Source: Planctomycetaceae bacterium | GTDB taxonomy: Bacteria > Planctomycetota > Planctomycetia > Pirellulales > Pirellulaceae | Length of the DNA stretch: 55,008 nt | NCBI GenBank assembly: GCA_027487375.1 | Contig: JAIYDQ010000048.1 | Location: forward strand, 1-55,008 | Reading direction: 5' to 3' | Shown: positions 44,663-53,635 of the stretch, one piece after another | Position numbering within the stretch: position 1 is the first letter of the stretch | Layout of the letters: every line of letters starts with the position of its first letter | Made by a program: the position numbers and the translations under genes | The notes under the pieces: generated by a model | Told to the model about the DNA's origin: nothing | The model's input: the letters and a program-made list of their open reading frames with translations, nothing else | Databases searched by the model: none

Positions 44663-46108
44663 CTATCCTGAGGTTTGAAGATCGGGTGCATAGCGTACGA
44701 GGCTTACAGTAAAGCAACTCCCTTGCCCGACTTGACTCTCGATTGTACCCGTTCCGCCGATAGCAACGACCAGGTTCTTCACGATCGCCAGTCCAAGCCC
44801 CGTTCCCCCGGTGTCGGAACTGCGAGCTTTTTCAACTCGATAGAAACGTTCAAAGATTCGCTCGTGGTCTTCTGCAGGAATCCCAATTCCATTGTCTTCA
44901 ACAGCGATTATCAGATGGTCCGGACGAGGATCGACTCGTATGTGAACATGCCCACCGCGTTGTGTGTAACGAATCGCATTACCAATCAAGTTGTTAAATA
45001 TAGTCAACAATGCTTCTTCATCCCCCATCACGAACCAATTGTCAGTCGGCTGCGCGAAAGTCGGCTTAGGAAAATCAATTGAAATTTCCTTGGAGAGACC
45101 AATCGCTTTGTGCTGTGAGATGCTCTGCTCAATAATCGGGATGATCGCGGTTGGCGTTGTGGAAATTCCGTCTGGCTCTGATTGCAATCTAGCAAGCCGA
45201 AGAAGATCGTGGATAAGTTCGTCAAGCCGTTCGGCCTGATCGGAAATGTTTTGGACAAAGCGACGATTCGCGTCCGGGTCTGCTAATGCTCCCATCAACA
45301 GGGTTTCTGCATAAGCGCGAATAGCTGCCAAAGGCGTCTTCAACTCATGAGAGACGTTGGCTGTAAAATCTCGGCGCATCGCCTCCAGACGCCGGAGACG
45401 GGTTTCATCGCTTATTAAAATGAGAACTCCTGGTGCAGCGCCGTCTGCGGTGAGTGGAGAAGCTCGTAATCGCAAAATCTGATTGGCAGATTGCCGCTGC
45501 ATTGGCGAGCGGACAGCGTTTGCATCGACCTCCAGTTCGCTTAAACGACCGCTATCGCGAACCTCTTGAACGAGCGCAATAATCCTTGGATTCCGAATGA
45601 ATTCCACCAGCGGTCGCCCCGGAGTCGGCCGTCCAGTGATGTCTAGCATTTCTTTCGCTGCATGATTGACGAGCAGAAGTTGTTGCGACTCATCCAAGGC
45701 CAAGATTCCGACCATCGTGGAGCGCAAAACTGTCGCGACTCGAGCTTCTTCCCCTTGCAATCGACTTAATCGACGATCGATTTTCACGAGCGAACTACTG
45801 AGTCGCTGAACAACTTCTTCAAGATAGTCGAGGTATCCGCTCGATTGCAAAGCAGGAAGCCTTTTGTCTTCGCTCTGTGATTCAAAAGTCTCATTCCAAG
45901 TATCCAGCGTCTCTGCAAAATCATCTAGCCGAAGGATAAACGAGGATCGCGCCCACCAAAGCATGTAAGCCCCAAGCAACCACAGAAAGCTGATTGCCCA
46001 GATCGGGCCTGCCAAAAAGAACAAACCGATGGACAGAAGTCCGCCAGCGAGTACCCAAACTCCGAAAAGCTTTAGGAACGAAGGTTGCAGATCACTCCAT
46101 CGATTCAT
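44663..46108 (-). CDS. Sensor histidine kinase (2 TM, PAS-like, HisKA, HATPase_c; PhoR-like)
   Basis: The H-box is FTANVSHELKTPLAAI, the N-box is NLIGNAIRY, and the G-boxes are EDNGIGI and GGTGLGLAIV. No response regulator is adjacent. Confidence 0.9.
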   Translation of the reverse strand: MNRWSDLQPSFLKLFGVWVLAGGLLSIGLFFLAGPIWAISFLWLLGAYMLWWARSSFILRLDDFAETLDTWNETFESQSEDKRLPALQSSGYLDYLEEVVQRLSSSLVKIDRRLSRLQGEEARVATVLRSTMVGILALDESQQLLLVNHAAKEMLDITGRPTPGRPLVEFIRNPRIIALVQEVRDSGRLSELEVDANAVRSPMQRQSANQILRLRASPLTADGAAPGVLILISDETRLRRLEAMRRDFTANVSHELKTPLAAIRAYAETLLMGALADPDANRRFVQNISDQAERLDELIHDLLRLARLQSEPDGISTTPTAIIPIIEQSISQHKAIGLSKEISIDFPKPTFAQPTDNWFVMGDEEALLTIFNNLIGNAIRYTQRGGHVHIRVDPRPDHLIIAVEDNGIGIPAEDHERIFERFYRVEKARSSDTGGTGLGLAIVKNLVVAIGGTGTIESQVGQGSCFTVSLVRYAPDLQTSG

Positions 46109-46158
46109 GTATGCCCATTTACCTAGTTTTCGTTTTCACAAATGTCTCAAGGCGATCT

Positions 46159-47373
46159 TTAATCAAAAAGGCGACTCCCAAACCCTCGCATCGCCTCGCG
46201 AATCGATCGCGATTGGAGGGCTGCTTCGGCACTGCTTTCCGCCAAGCAGGTTAAGTGCCCCATCTTTCTTCCCATTCTGGCATCATCCTTGCCATACAAA
46301 TGTAGAAAAGTATTCGGAGCCGCAAAAGCGGATTCGTATTTAGGATGCCCAACCGCCCAGACATCACCGAGCAAGTTAGCCATCGCCGCGGGCTGAATAA
46401 GTCGAGTGTCTCCAAGAGGAAGATTGCACACCGCGCGAACTTGTTGTTCGAACTGTCCTGTACGGCAGGCTTCCATCGTAAGGTGTCCCGAATTATGAGG
46501 GCGCGGAGCCAACTCGTTAATCATTAATTGGTTGGACTTTGAAATAAAGAATTCAATGCAAAGCAATCCAACGCAATCAATTGACTCGATTACTCCACGT
46601 GCGATGGACTCGGCTTCTACCGCGATCGCCGCGAACTGCTCCGGAACTGGGCACATGGAAACATCGAGAATGTGGTTCGAGTGCTCATTGTAAAACATGG
46701 GATAAACAGCGATTTCGCCTCGTGGTGAACGTGCAACCAAGATCGAAACTTCCGCTTGAAAGTCGATCATCTTCTCGGCAATAACAGCACTCGGGCCGAG
46801 CAACTCGAAGGCCGCGATCGCTTCTTTCATGGAGTTAACTTTCCGCTGCCCCTTGCCGTCATATCCCCAAAGAGCGGTCTTCAAAACCATCGGAAATCCG
46901 AGCTGCTCACTTGCGCTTTGCAACTGATCCACCGACTCGACGGCAACAAAGGGTGTCACCGCGAATCCAAAGTTCTGAAGCGTTGTTTTTTCGCGAATGC
47001 GATGTTGAGCAACCTCCAAGACGTGGAACCCCGGACGAACTGGAGTCACTTCCGCAGCTCGCGCGACAGCATCCAGCGGAATGTTCTCGAATTCCAGTGA
47101 AACAACATCAACCGACTCGGCGAATTTTCGTACGGCCTTCGGATCTTCGTAGTCTGCGAGGATCGTTTCGTTGGCAACCTGACTTGCGGGACTTCCTTGA
47201 TCAGGCGTAAAGACAACGACGGAGTATCCGAGTCGTTGAGCCGCGTGGGCGAACATGCGGCCAAGCTGACCACCACCAAAAATCCCAAGCCGGGCTCCAG
47301 GCAAGATCATTTCTTGATCAAGATTTCCCGAAACAGGTTTTGTACGTGTTATGTCTTTTTCAATGCTCGTCAT
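46159..47373 (-). CDS. purK: N5-carboxyaminoimidazole ribonucleotide synthase
   Basis: 404 aa of ATP-grasp type. Strings RLGIFGGGQLGRM and NELAPRPHNSGH are present. It lies directly downstream of purE. Confidence 0.9.
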   Translation of the reverse strand: MTSIEKDITRTKPVSGNLDQEMILPGARLGIFGGGQLGRMFAHAAQRLGYSVVVFTPDQGSPASQVANETILADYEDPKAVRKFAESVDVVSLEFENIPLDAVARAAEVTPVRPGFHVLEVAQHRIREKTTLQNFGFAVTPFVAVESVDQLQSASEQLGFPMVLKTALWGYDGKGQRKVNSMKEAIAAFELLGPSAVIAEKMIDFQAEVSILVARSPRGEIAVYPMFYNEHSNHILDVSMCPVPEQFAAIAVEAESIARGVIESIDCVGLLCIEFFISKSNQLMINELAPRPHNSGHLTMEACRTGQFEQQVRAVCNLPLGDTRLIQPAAMANLLGDVWAVGHPKYESAFAAPNTFLHLYGKDDARMGRKMGHLTCLAESSAEAALQSRSIREAMRGFGSRLFD

Positions 47374-47422
47374 GTTACTTGATGTAATTCGCAGTATCTC
47401 GGAGTCTTACTAACGCCATCCC

Positions 47423-47941
47423 TTAGAGCGACACATTCATGACTTGGTCAGCACGATCGGAGGCATATTGATTCAGCTGTTGCGTTAACTTTTCACATTC
47501 TATCGCTAGTATCCGAACAGTCATCAGTCCGGCATTGGTGGCTCCAGCTGTTCCAATTGCCATGGTTGCAACAGGGACACCACCGGGCATTTGAACGATG
47601 CTTAGGAGCGAGTCCAAGCCTTGAAGCGCACGGCTTTGCACAGGGACGCCAACTACGGGAAGCGATGTCATCGATGCCACCATACCAGGCAAATGAGCAG
47701 CACCACCGGCTCCGGCGATAATAACCTTCAAACCTCGATCTCGCGCGGTCGACGCATATTCAACCATCCACTGTGGCGTGCGATGAGCGGAGACAACTCG
47801 CTTTTCATAAGCGACTCCGAAATGGTCCAAAACATCGCATGCATGTTTCATGGTTTCCCAGTCGGACTGAGACCCCATGATCACCCCCACGCAAAAGTCC
47901 TTCGTTAACGAATCACCCGCATTGATAACTTCAGACTTCAT
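47423..47941 (-). CDS. purE: N5-CAIR mutase
   Basis: 172 aa. Strings [21 protein letters not shown] and [10 protein letters not shown] are present. Confidence 0.95.
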   Translation of the reverse strand: MKSEVINAGDSLTKDFCVGVIMGSQSDWETMKHACDVLDHFGVAYEKRVVSAHRTPQWMVEYASTARDRGLKVIIAGAGGAAHLPGMVASMTSLPVVGVPVQSRALQGLDSLLSIVQMPGGVPVATMAIGTAGATNAGLMTVRILAIECEKLTQQLNQYASDRADQVMNVSL

Positions 47942-48156
47942 TCCAAACAGTTCTACTTATAAACAAGGTGGAGACATTCGATACGGGGAAAATGATCACG
48001 CTAACTTCGATATCTTTTGAGCCGCGAGGCGTTAACCCAATGCAACCTACTTTCGCAACATCAACCGCTTAGCGTCAGCCTGCGGTCAAGCAAAACGCAA
48101 TTAAAACCGCACGATTACGAGACTTTTCAGCTTCGAAAGCGAGCATTTCTGTATTT

Positions 48157-48204
48157 TCGTACTCGTACTCGATCGGCTTGCAGTCGATTCGATTACGAGT
48201 ACGA
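48157..48204. repeat. TACGAG-type hairpin (family D) copy
   Basis: TCGTACTCGTACTCGA, a 16-nt loop, then TCGATTACGAGTACGA (15 of 16 pairs). Further TACGA units follow up to about 48235. Coordinates were cross-checked against ORF 48017..48253. Confidence 0.65.
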
Positions 48205-48440
48205 GCACCATTTCATTGAGTACGATTACGAACTAAAGGAATTGCTCAGCTAGACCGTATTGGAAGGCCGATCGACCAAGGACGAAGATGACATTGAAGT
48301 ACACCCCCAGATTATACCACGATCATGCGGAATGCGTTAAGATGAGGATGGAAGTTTGAGTGATTATCAATCGACAAAGTGCCGGTTCGATCACTGGCCT
48401 GTTTTTAGGCCTTGAAAGTTTTTGTACGGAGCAATCGGAA

Positions 48441-49679
48441 ATGGCCACAACACATGCAGTACGTTCGATGAATTTTGCTGTTGGTGACGAGCTTCTCTCG
48501 CTGCAAATCCCCCACCACACAACCGAAGTTGCAGACTGGAATTTGGAGGACTCGATAGACCTGCGTCAGGCTGTTTTCAATGCTTTCGATCAACCCGTCG
48601 AGTTCCCCGAGTTGGCACTGGCAATCGTCGATGGTGACTCGGTCGCTATTCCCCTTGAACCTGGTGTCCCTCAAGCGGAACAATTGCTCGAGTTTGTCGT
48701 CGAGTACTTGGTTCAGCATGGCGTACCCGCGAGCCGCATAACAGTCCTCGTTTCCCACGACCACGAAAAAATTGTCGATTCCTTGGCCGCTCGGCTTAGC
48801 CAATCCGCTAAAGGTAACGTTTCGGTCCGATATCACCGTGGCGATGATGCAGAAACGATGGGCTACCTCGCCGCTGCGGCTAGCGGCGCGGAGGCGATCT
48901 ATGTGGATCGAGCACTTCTGGAAGCGGACGTCGTGTTACCAATTACTGTCGCACGCGACACCGATGCGTGGGCTCATGCAGGCCTCTACGGAATTGTTCC
49001 TTGGTTCACAGACTCTAAGACGCAGAGCCGTTGGAAGCATGACTGTTCCACTGATTTCCACGCAAAGAAAGAAAAGCGACTTCGCGCTGCCACAGAAGTA
49101 GCTTGGCTTCTCGGGATCCAACCTGTGCTTGCAGTTCTTCCCGGCCCCCAAGGAAACATCGATAGCCTATTTTTTGGCAAGGTCGATTCTGTTGAGCAGT
49201 CGATTGCCGATGCGGTCTCTCCCCGATCACTTCCACCCATCAAGGAGCGTTATGACTTGGTCGTCGTCAGCATCGATGGTGACCAAGATCAACAAAGCTG
49301 GGAGAATGTCGCTCGCGTTTTGTTCATGGCGGAAAACTATGTATCCGAAGACGGCAAGATTGCAGTCGCAACAAACTTAGAAACAAAGCCGGGCCCGCCA
49401 TTTCGCTGGCTTGCTGGAATCGAAGAAAACGATTCAATCGAGCAGCATCTGCTGAAAAGCCATCATCCGCAATCTTTAGCGGCTATCGAGATCCTCAGAT
49501 CACGATCCAAGCACGTTGTCTATCTGCTTTCGAAACTCCCACGCGAAGTTGTCGAAGAACTCGGGATCAGCGCGATGGGTGAAACAGAAGAACTTGAACA
49601 CGTGATTGCTTCAAGTGAATCATGTTTGGTCATCAGCGGCGCGCAGCACCGATGGTTGCCAAAGGTTGCAGCAAAGTAA
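48441..49679 (+). CDS. LarA-N/DUF2088-like protein (degenerate lactate-racemase-like fold), function unknown
   Basis: ATG at 48441; the tracked GTG start is at 48360. The overall pattern ...PVEFPELALAIVDGDSVAIPLEPGVP...GVPASRITVLVSH...VRYHRGDD...EADVVLPI resembles the LarA N-terminal domain layout. I cannot find the DxTR-type cofactor-binding residues. Confidence 0.45.
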   Translation: MATTHAVRSMNFAVGDELLSLQIPHHTTEVADWNLEDSIDLRQAVFNAFDQPVEFPELALAIVDGDSVAIPLEPGVPQAEQLLEFVVEYLVQHGVPASRITVLVSHDHEKIVDSLAARLSQSAKGNVSVRYHRGDDAETMGYLAAAASGAEAIYVDRALLEADVVLPITVARDTDAWAHAGLYGIVPWFTDSKTQSRWKHDCSTDFHAKKEKRLRAATEVAWLLGIQPVLAVLPGPQGNIDSLFFGKVDSVEQSIADAVSPRSLPPIKERYDLVVVSIDGDQDQQSWENVARVLFMAENYVSEDGKIAVATNLETKPGPPFRWLAGIEENDSIEQHLLKSHHPQSLAAIEILRSRSKHVVYLLSKLPREVVEELGISAMGETEELEHVIASSESCLVISGAQHRWLPKVAAK

Positions 49680-49705
49680 CTCCTTCCAAAAACTAACAAA
49701 ACAAA

Positions 49706-50812
49706 ATGATGAACCCAAGTTTGCTTGTGCTTGCCCTGTTCGGTGTTTTCGGCTTTCCTGTGATGGCCCTTACCGCCGAGGCCTGGACGATTTCCTCCTA
49801 TGCAGGAACCGGTATTCAAGGATTCGCTGGCGACGGCGGACCTGCTACTCTCGCAAAGCTGGATAATCCATTCGGCGTTATTCGAGGCCCCGATGGAGCC
49901 ATCTGGTTTTGCGAATACACAGGACAACGCATCCGACGCATCGCAGCAGATGGGACCATTTCGACGGTCGCAGGGAACGGAAAGAAAGGTTACAGCGGAG
50001 ATGGCGGGCCTGCCTTGGAAGCTACGTTTAACCTGCCCCATGAGATTCGTTTCGATGCAGCAGGCGATCTCTTTGCGGTCGACATGTCGAATAACGTCGT
50101 ACGCAAGATCGACATGAAAACCAAAGTCATCTCGACCATCGCAGGGACAGGGAAACCCGGTTATAGCGGCGACGGTGGTCTGGCTGTCAACGCCCAGTTC
50201 AAGCAACCGCACAGTATTCAGTTCGATCGTCAAGGGAACCTCTTTGTTTGCGATATCGGTAACCACGTTATCCGAAAAATCGATATGAAAACGGGCAAGA
50301 TATCGACCTTCGCCGGGACTGGGAAAGCAGGCCCCACTCCGGATGGATCACCAATCGAGGGAACACCACTCAATGGACCTCGCTCACTTGACTTCGATGC
50401 CGAAGGAAACCTATGGCTTGCCACTCGCGAAGGAAACCAAGTTTTTGAGTTTGATTTCAAGACTCAGAAAATCTCGCATCGAGCCGGCTCAGGAAAGAAA
50501 GGATTCACTGGCCAATCGGGGCCGGCCAAGCAAGCGTTGCTCAACGGGCCAAAGGGAATTGCAATGGATGCCCAAGGGAATGCATGGTTAGTCGACTCGG
50601 AAAGCAGCACAATCTGGCGATTCAATCGAGATTCGGAAACGATTGAGTTAATGGTCGGTACCGGTCAAAAAGGAGACGGCCCTGATGGAGATCCAAAGCT
50701 GTGCAAGCTAGCTCGGCCTCACGGCATCTTCGTTGACGCAGATGGATCGGTCTTTATCGGTGATAGCGAATCGCATCGCGTTCGAGTCCTCAAGCCCGCA
50801 ACGTCGAAGTAG
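49706..50812 (+). CDS. Secreted NHL-repeat beta-propeller protein
   Basis: It has a signal peptide. Six repeats of the GxGxxGxxGDGGPA...LxxPxGI...G.L.V.D..N..IR type are present. Confidence 0.8.
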   Translation: MMNPSLLVLALFGVFGFPVMALTAEAWTISSYAGTGIQGFAGDGGPATLAKLDNPFGVIRGPDGAIWFCEYTGQRIRRIAADGTISTVAGNGKKGYSGDGGPALEATFNLPHEIRFDAAGDLFAVDMSNNVVRKIDMKTKVISTIAGTGKPGYSGDGGLAVNAQFKQPHSIQFDRQGNLFVCDIGNHVIRKIDMKTGKISTFAGTGKAGPTPDGSPIEGTPLNGPRSLDFDAEGNLWLATREGNQVFEFDFKTQKISHRAGSGKKGFTGQSGPAKQALLNGPKGIAMDAQGNAWLVDSESSTIWRFNRDSETIELMVGTGQKGDGPDGDPKLCKLARPHGIFVDADGSVFIGDSESHRVRVLKPATSK

Positions 50813-51959
50813 CACCCCTTCGCGATTCCTTGCGAAAATCACCAGGAGTAACGTCGAACGCTTTTCGGAAGCTATGGGCCAAGTAGTGTTTATGTGCGAA
50901 AGCGGTTCGTGAAGCAATCTCGTCTAAGGTGAAATCGGTCATAGCAAGAAGTTCGCGAACACGCTGTAACTTCACTCGATGAATCTCCATGTTGGGTGAT
51001 CTGCCCAGCACATCGCGAAAGCCTCGTTCGAGCGAACTCCGCGAAAGAGGAACCTCGCGTAACAAATCGTCGACTCGCAAACCTTCACAAGCTCGATCAC
51101 GAACAAGTTTTAAAGCTTGTCCAAGCAGCGGATCGGCTACGGCGACAATATCGGTAGAGCGCCGCGTTTCAACCCCAATGGGAGGCAGCAACGTTTTCTT
51201 CTTCGGAGCTCGTCCCCCATCCATCCACCGATCCAACAATGCCGCCGCCTCGTAACCAACGCGTTCACCGCCAAGCCTCGCGCTGGATAATGGTGGATTG
51301 CTCATGCTGCACAGCGTCTCATCGTTCTCAACACCCAGCACTGCAACTTGCTCGGGTACCGCGATCTCTGCACGAGCACACGCATCGAGTAGCCAAAATC
51401 CGAGCTGATCGGTACAGGCGAGAATTCCGATAGGTTTGGGAAGTTGCTTCAACCAATCGACTAATAGCCTTTGCTGCTTTTCCCAGACCATCGGTTTCTC
51501 GCGATTGGACGACTGTTGAAAAGTATGACACACGAAGCCTGACTTCTTGATGTTGCTCGCAAAACTGCGACTTCGCTCAATGAAGAACTGCTCGGTGGTC
51601 AACTCATAAACACCAAAATGATGAAAGCCTCGCTCAAGCAGATACGCGGCGCACATCTTACCGAGCTCTTTATTGTTGATTCCAACAAAAGGAAATTGAT
51701 GAAGAAGCTTTGTTGACCGCAGTTCAATCGTCGGAACACCAACCGCTTTGACTGCATCAATCATGGCTTGTGAAACGGTTCGCGTTAGGATCCCGTCACC
51801 ATCCCACTCTCGCAGCCAGGCCGGTGGCTTTGAATCCAAATCACGAATCTCGGCAAAGATCGACCAAGGCCCATGCTCAGTGACATAACGACGTACACCA
51901 TGCAATAACTCTCGGCCATAGGATCGAGATGTTTCGATGAGAAGAGCTACACGTTTCAT
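50790..51959 (-). CDS. XylR-type regulator (periplasmic-binding-protein-like sensor domain plus C-terminal AraC HTH)
   Basis: ATG at 51959 (MKRVALLIETSRSYGRELLHGV); the tracked TTG start is at 52028. The C-terminal AraC-type HTH reads LDEIASRTAFAHKHYLAHSFRKAFDVTPGDFR. The 3' end overlaps the NHL gene by 23 nt (convergent). Confidence 0.8.
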   Translation of the reverse strand: MKRVALLIETSRSYGRELLHGVRRYVTEHGPWSIFAEIRDLDSKPPAWLREWDGDGILTRTVSQAMIDAVKAVGVPTIELRSTKLLHQFPFVGINNKELGKMCAAYLLERGFHHFGVYELTTEQFFIERSRSFASNIKKSGFVCHTFQQSSNREKPMVWEKQQRLLVDWLKQLPKPIGILACTDQLGFWLLDACARAEIAVPEQVAVLGVENDETLCSMSNPPLSSARLGGERVGYEAAALLDRWMDGGRAPKKKTLLPPIGVETRRSTDIVAVADPLLGQALKLVRDRACEGLRVDDLLREVPLSRSSLERGFRDVLGRSPNMEIHRVKLQRVRELLAMTDFTLDEIASRTAFAHKHYLAHSFRKAFDVTPGDFRKESRRGATSTLRA

Positions 51960-52078
51960 GGGATCAAGCCAGAGTAACGGAATTCGTCTTGAATCAAGTT
52001 GACAAAATAATACAACACTATTACGCAATATTGTAATGACAGGTAAGGCAGATTGCGACTAGCATTTGACCTAGAGCC

Positions 52079-52197
52079 ATACTTAGGTAGCTGCCGTAGG
52101 ATAGGCTTCCAGCCTGTCGGTTTCAAAATCGACAGGCTGGAAGCCTATCCTACGATTGGTCATCGCGTTCAATCCTTAGCTACACCAACCTAAGAAT
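52079..52197. repeat. Foldback (MITE/REP-like) element, family B copy 2
   Basis: Terminal inverted repeats ATACTTAGGT and ACCTAAGAAT. The central stem is a perfect 25 bp, CGTAGGATAGGCTTCCAGCCTGTCG (52095-52119) with its complement at 52130-52154. Confidence 0.75.
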
Positions 52198-52220
52198 TGC
52201 TCCAGCACTTCAAGTAGTCA

Positions 52221-52263
52221 CGTATCTCCAGACATGAAAATTCTGCGTCTCGGAGATACGCAG
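52221..52263. repeat. GAGAC hairpin (family A) copy next to the foldback element
   Basis: CTGCGTCTC-GGA-GATACGCAG (52243-52263). An alternative pairing is CGTATCTCC (52221-52229) with GGAGATACG (52252-52260). Confidence 0.6.
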
Positions 52264-52324
52264 CTACTTGCGTGCCTGGATCCTTACTGATGCCTTACGA
52301 ATCCACCGTTAGGAAATCCCCTCC

Positions 52325-53635
52325 ATGAACTCGCCTACTCTCCCTCGTCGTTCATTGCTTCAATCTGCATTGGCTCTTCCGCTTATCCCATATGTTTTTG
52401 AATCCGTAAGTTCCGCAGATTCAACTTCGATGAAGCCGCGTTCAAAAGTAGAACGACTCGGTATTGGGTCGATTGGGCTCCGCTATCAGGGTAGCGTCGT
52501 CGCACACAAAGCTCAAATGTATGGTGACATTGTCGCGGTTTGTGATGTGGATCGTAATGTTCGCGATCAGGCGAAAGCAGCTTTCGGAAGTACTCCCAAA
52601 AGCTTTGAAGACTACCGCGATCTGATTGCACGGAAAGAGGTCGATGTCGTGACGATCGGTACGCCGGACCACTGGCATACCAAAATGGTGATCGATGCTT
52701 GTCGTGCGGGTAAAGATGTTTACTGTGAAAAACCACTTACCCTTACCATCGATGAAGGGAAACAGCTTTCGAAAGTAGTTGCTGAAACGGGACGCGTTGT
52801 TCAAGTCGGATCGTGGCAAAGAAGTGACGAACGCTTTCGATTAGCTGTCGAGCTTGTCCGCGCAGGTCGATTGGGGAAGCTTCAGAAAGTCGAGATCGTG
52901 CTTGGTAAGAACGGAACCAGCGGCACCTTCATTCCACGCGTTTCACCAGCTCATTTGAATTGGAACTTGTGGCAAGGTCAAACTCCGGACGTCCCCTACA
53001 TCGAAGAAAGATCCCACTACACATTTCGTTGGTGGAGCGAATATTCTGGAGGACAAATGACCGATTGGGGCGCTCATCATGTGGATATCGCACAGTGGGC
53101 GATCAACTCATATCCGGTTGAGGTTGAAGGAATTGGTAAGTTTCCAACTATCGAAAACGGTTACAACGTCCCGACCGATTTCGAGGTGACGTACAAGTAC
53201 GCCAATGACGTTATCGTCACCGTGAAAGATCATGGAGAAAACGGAATTCTTTTCACGGGGGACGCCGGTCGAATCTTCGTTAATCGCGGCAAGATTACTG
53301 GTGCACCAGTTGAGGCGTTAGCAACGAATCCTCTCCCACGAGAAAGTTGGAACGTTTACGATTTTGATAATCTCCAGCGGCCTGCTCGCTCTGGTAAGCT
53401 TGATGCTATTGTGAATCACATGGGAAATTTCTTTGACTGTATCCAAACCAAGCGGAGCCCGATTTCCAATATTGAAAGCCAACATCGAAGCATTTCGACT
53501 TGCCATCTGGGAAACATCTCGCTCAAACTCGGACGCAAACTACGCTGGAATCCGGAAACCGAGTTTTTTATCGACGACGCTCAGGCCGACTCGCTGTTAA
53601 AGCGTGAGCAACGGAAAGGCTTTGAAACAGTTTAA
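52325..53635 (+). CDS. Tat-exported Gfo/Idh/MocA-family NAD(P)-dependent oxidoreductase
   Basis: The Tat motif is LPRRSLLQSALAL. The Rossmann start is RLGIGSIGLRYQG. The family EKPL motif is present as VYCEKPLTLT. Confidence 0.85.
   Translation: MNSPTLPRRSLLQSALALPLIPYVFESVSSADSTSMKPRSKVERLGIGSIGLRYQGSVVAHKAQMYGDIVAVCDVDRNVRDQAKAAFGSTPKSFEDYRDLIARKEVDVVTIGTPDHWHTKMVIDACRAGKDVYCEKPLTLTIDEGKQLSKVVAETGRVVQVGSWQRSDERFRLAVELVRAGRLGKLQKVEIVLGKNGTSGTFIPRVSPAHLNWNLWQGQTPDVPYIEERSHYTFRWWSEYSGGQMTDWGAHHVDIAQWAINSYPVEVEGIGKFPTIENGYNVPTDFEVTYKYANDVIVTVKDHGENGILFTGDAGRIFVNRGKITGAPVEALATNPLPRESWNVYDFDNLQRPARSGKLDAIVNHMGNFFDCIQTKRSPISNIESQHRSISTCHLGNISLKLGRKLRWNPETEFFIDDAQADSLLKREQRKGFETV

Noticed and set aside
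47942-48156. Purine or ZTP riboswitch in the purE upstream region
   Set aside because: I could not find the purine-riboswitch core or the ZTP/pfl GGGUCGUGAC...CCGCCUGGGC-type strings on the minus strand. Only the family D repeat is present.
48017-48253. 78-aa ORF with RTRTRS...FDYEYEHHFIEYDYE
   Set aside because: The odd peptide is simply the translation of the TACGAG/CTCGTA hexamer hairpin (family D). It is treated as a DNA/RNA repeat, not as a gene.
50790-50812. 23-nt overlap of the convergent 3' ends of the NHL and XylR-type genes
   Set aside because: Both stops are well supported. Short convergent overlaps occur by chance and need no special explanation. It is noted only as a possible site of transcriptional interference.
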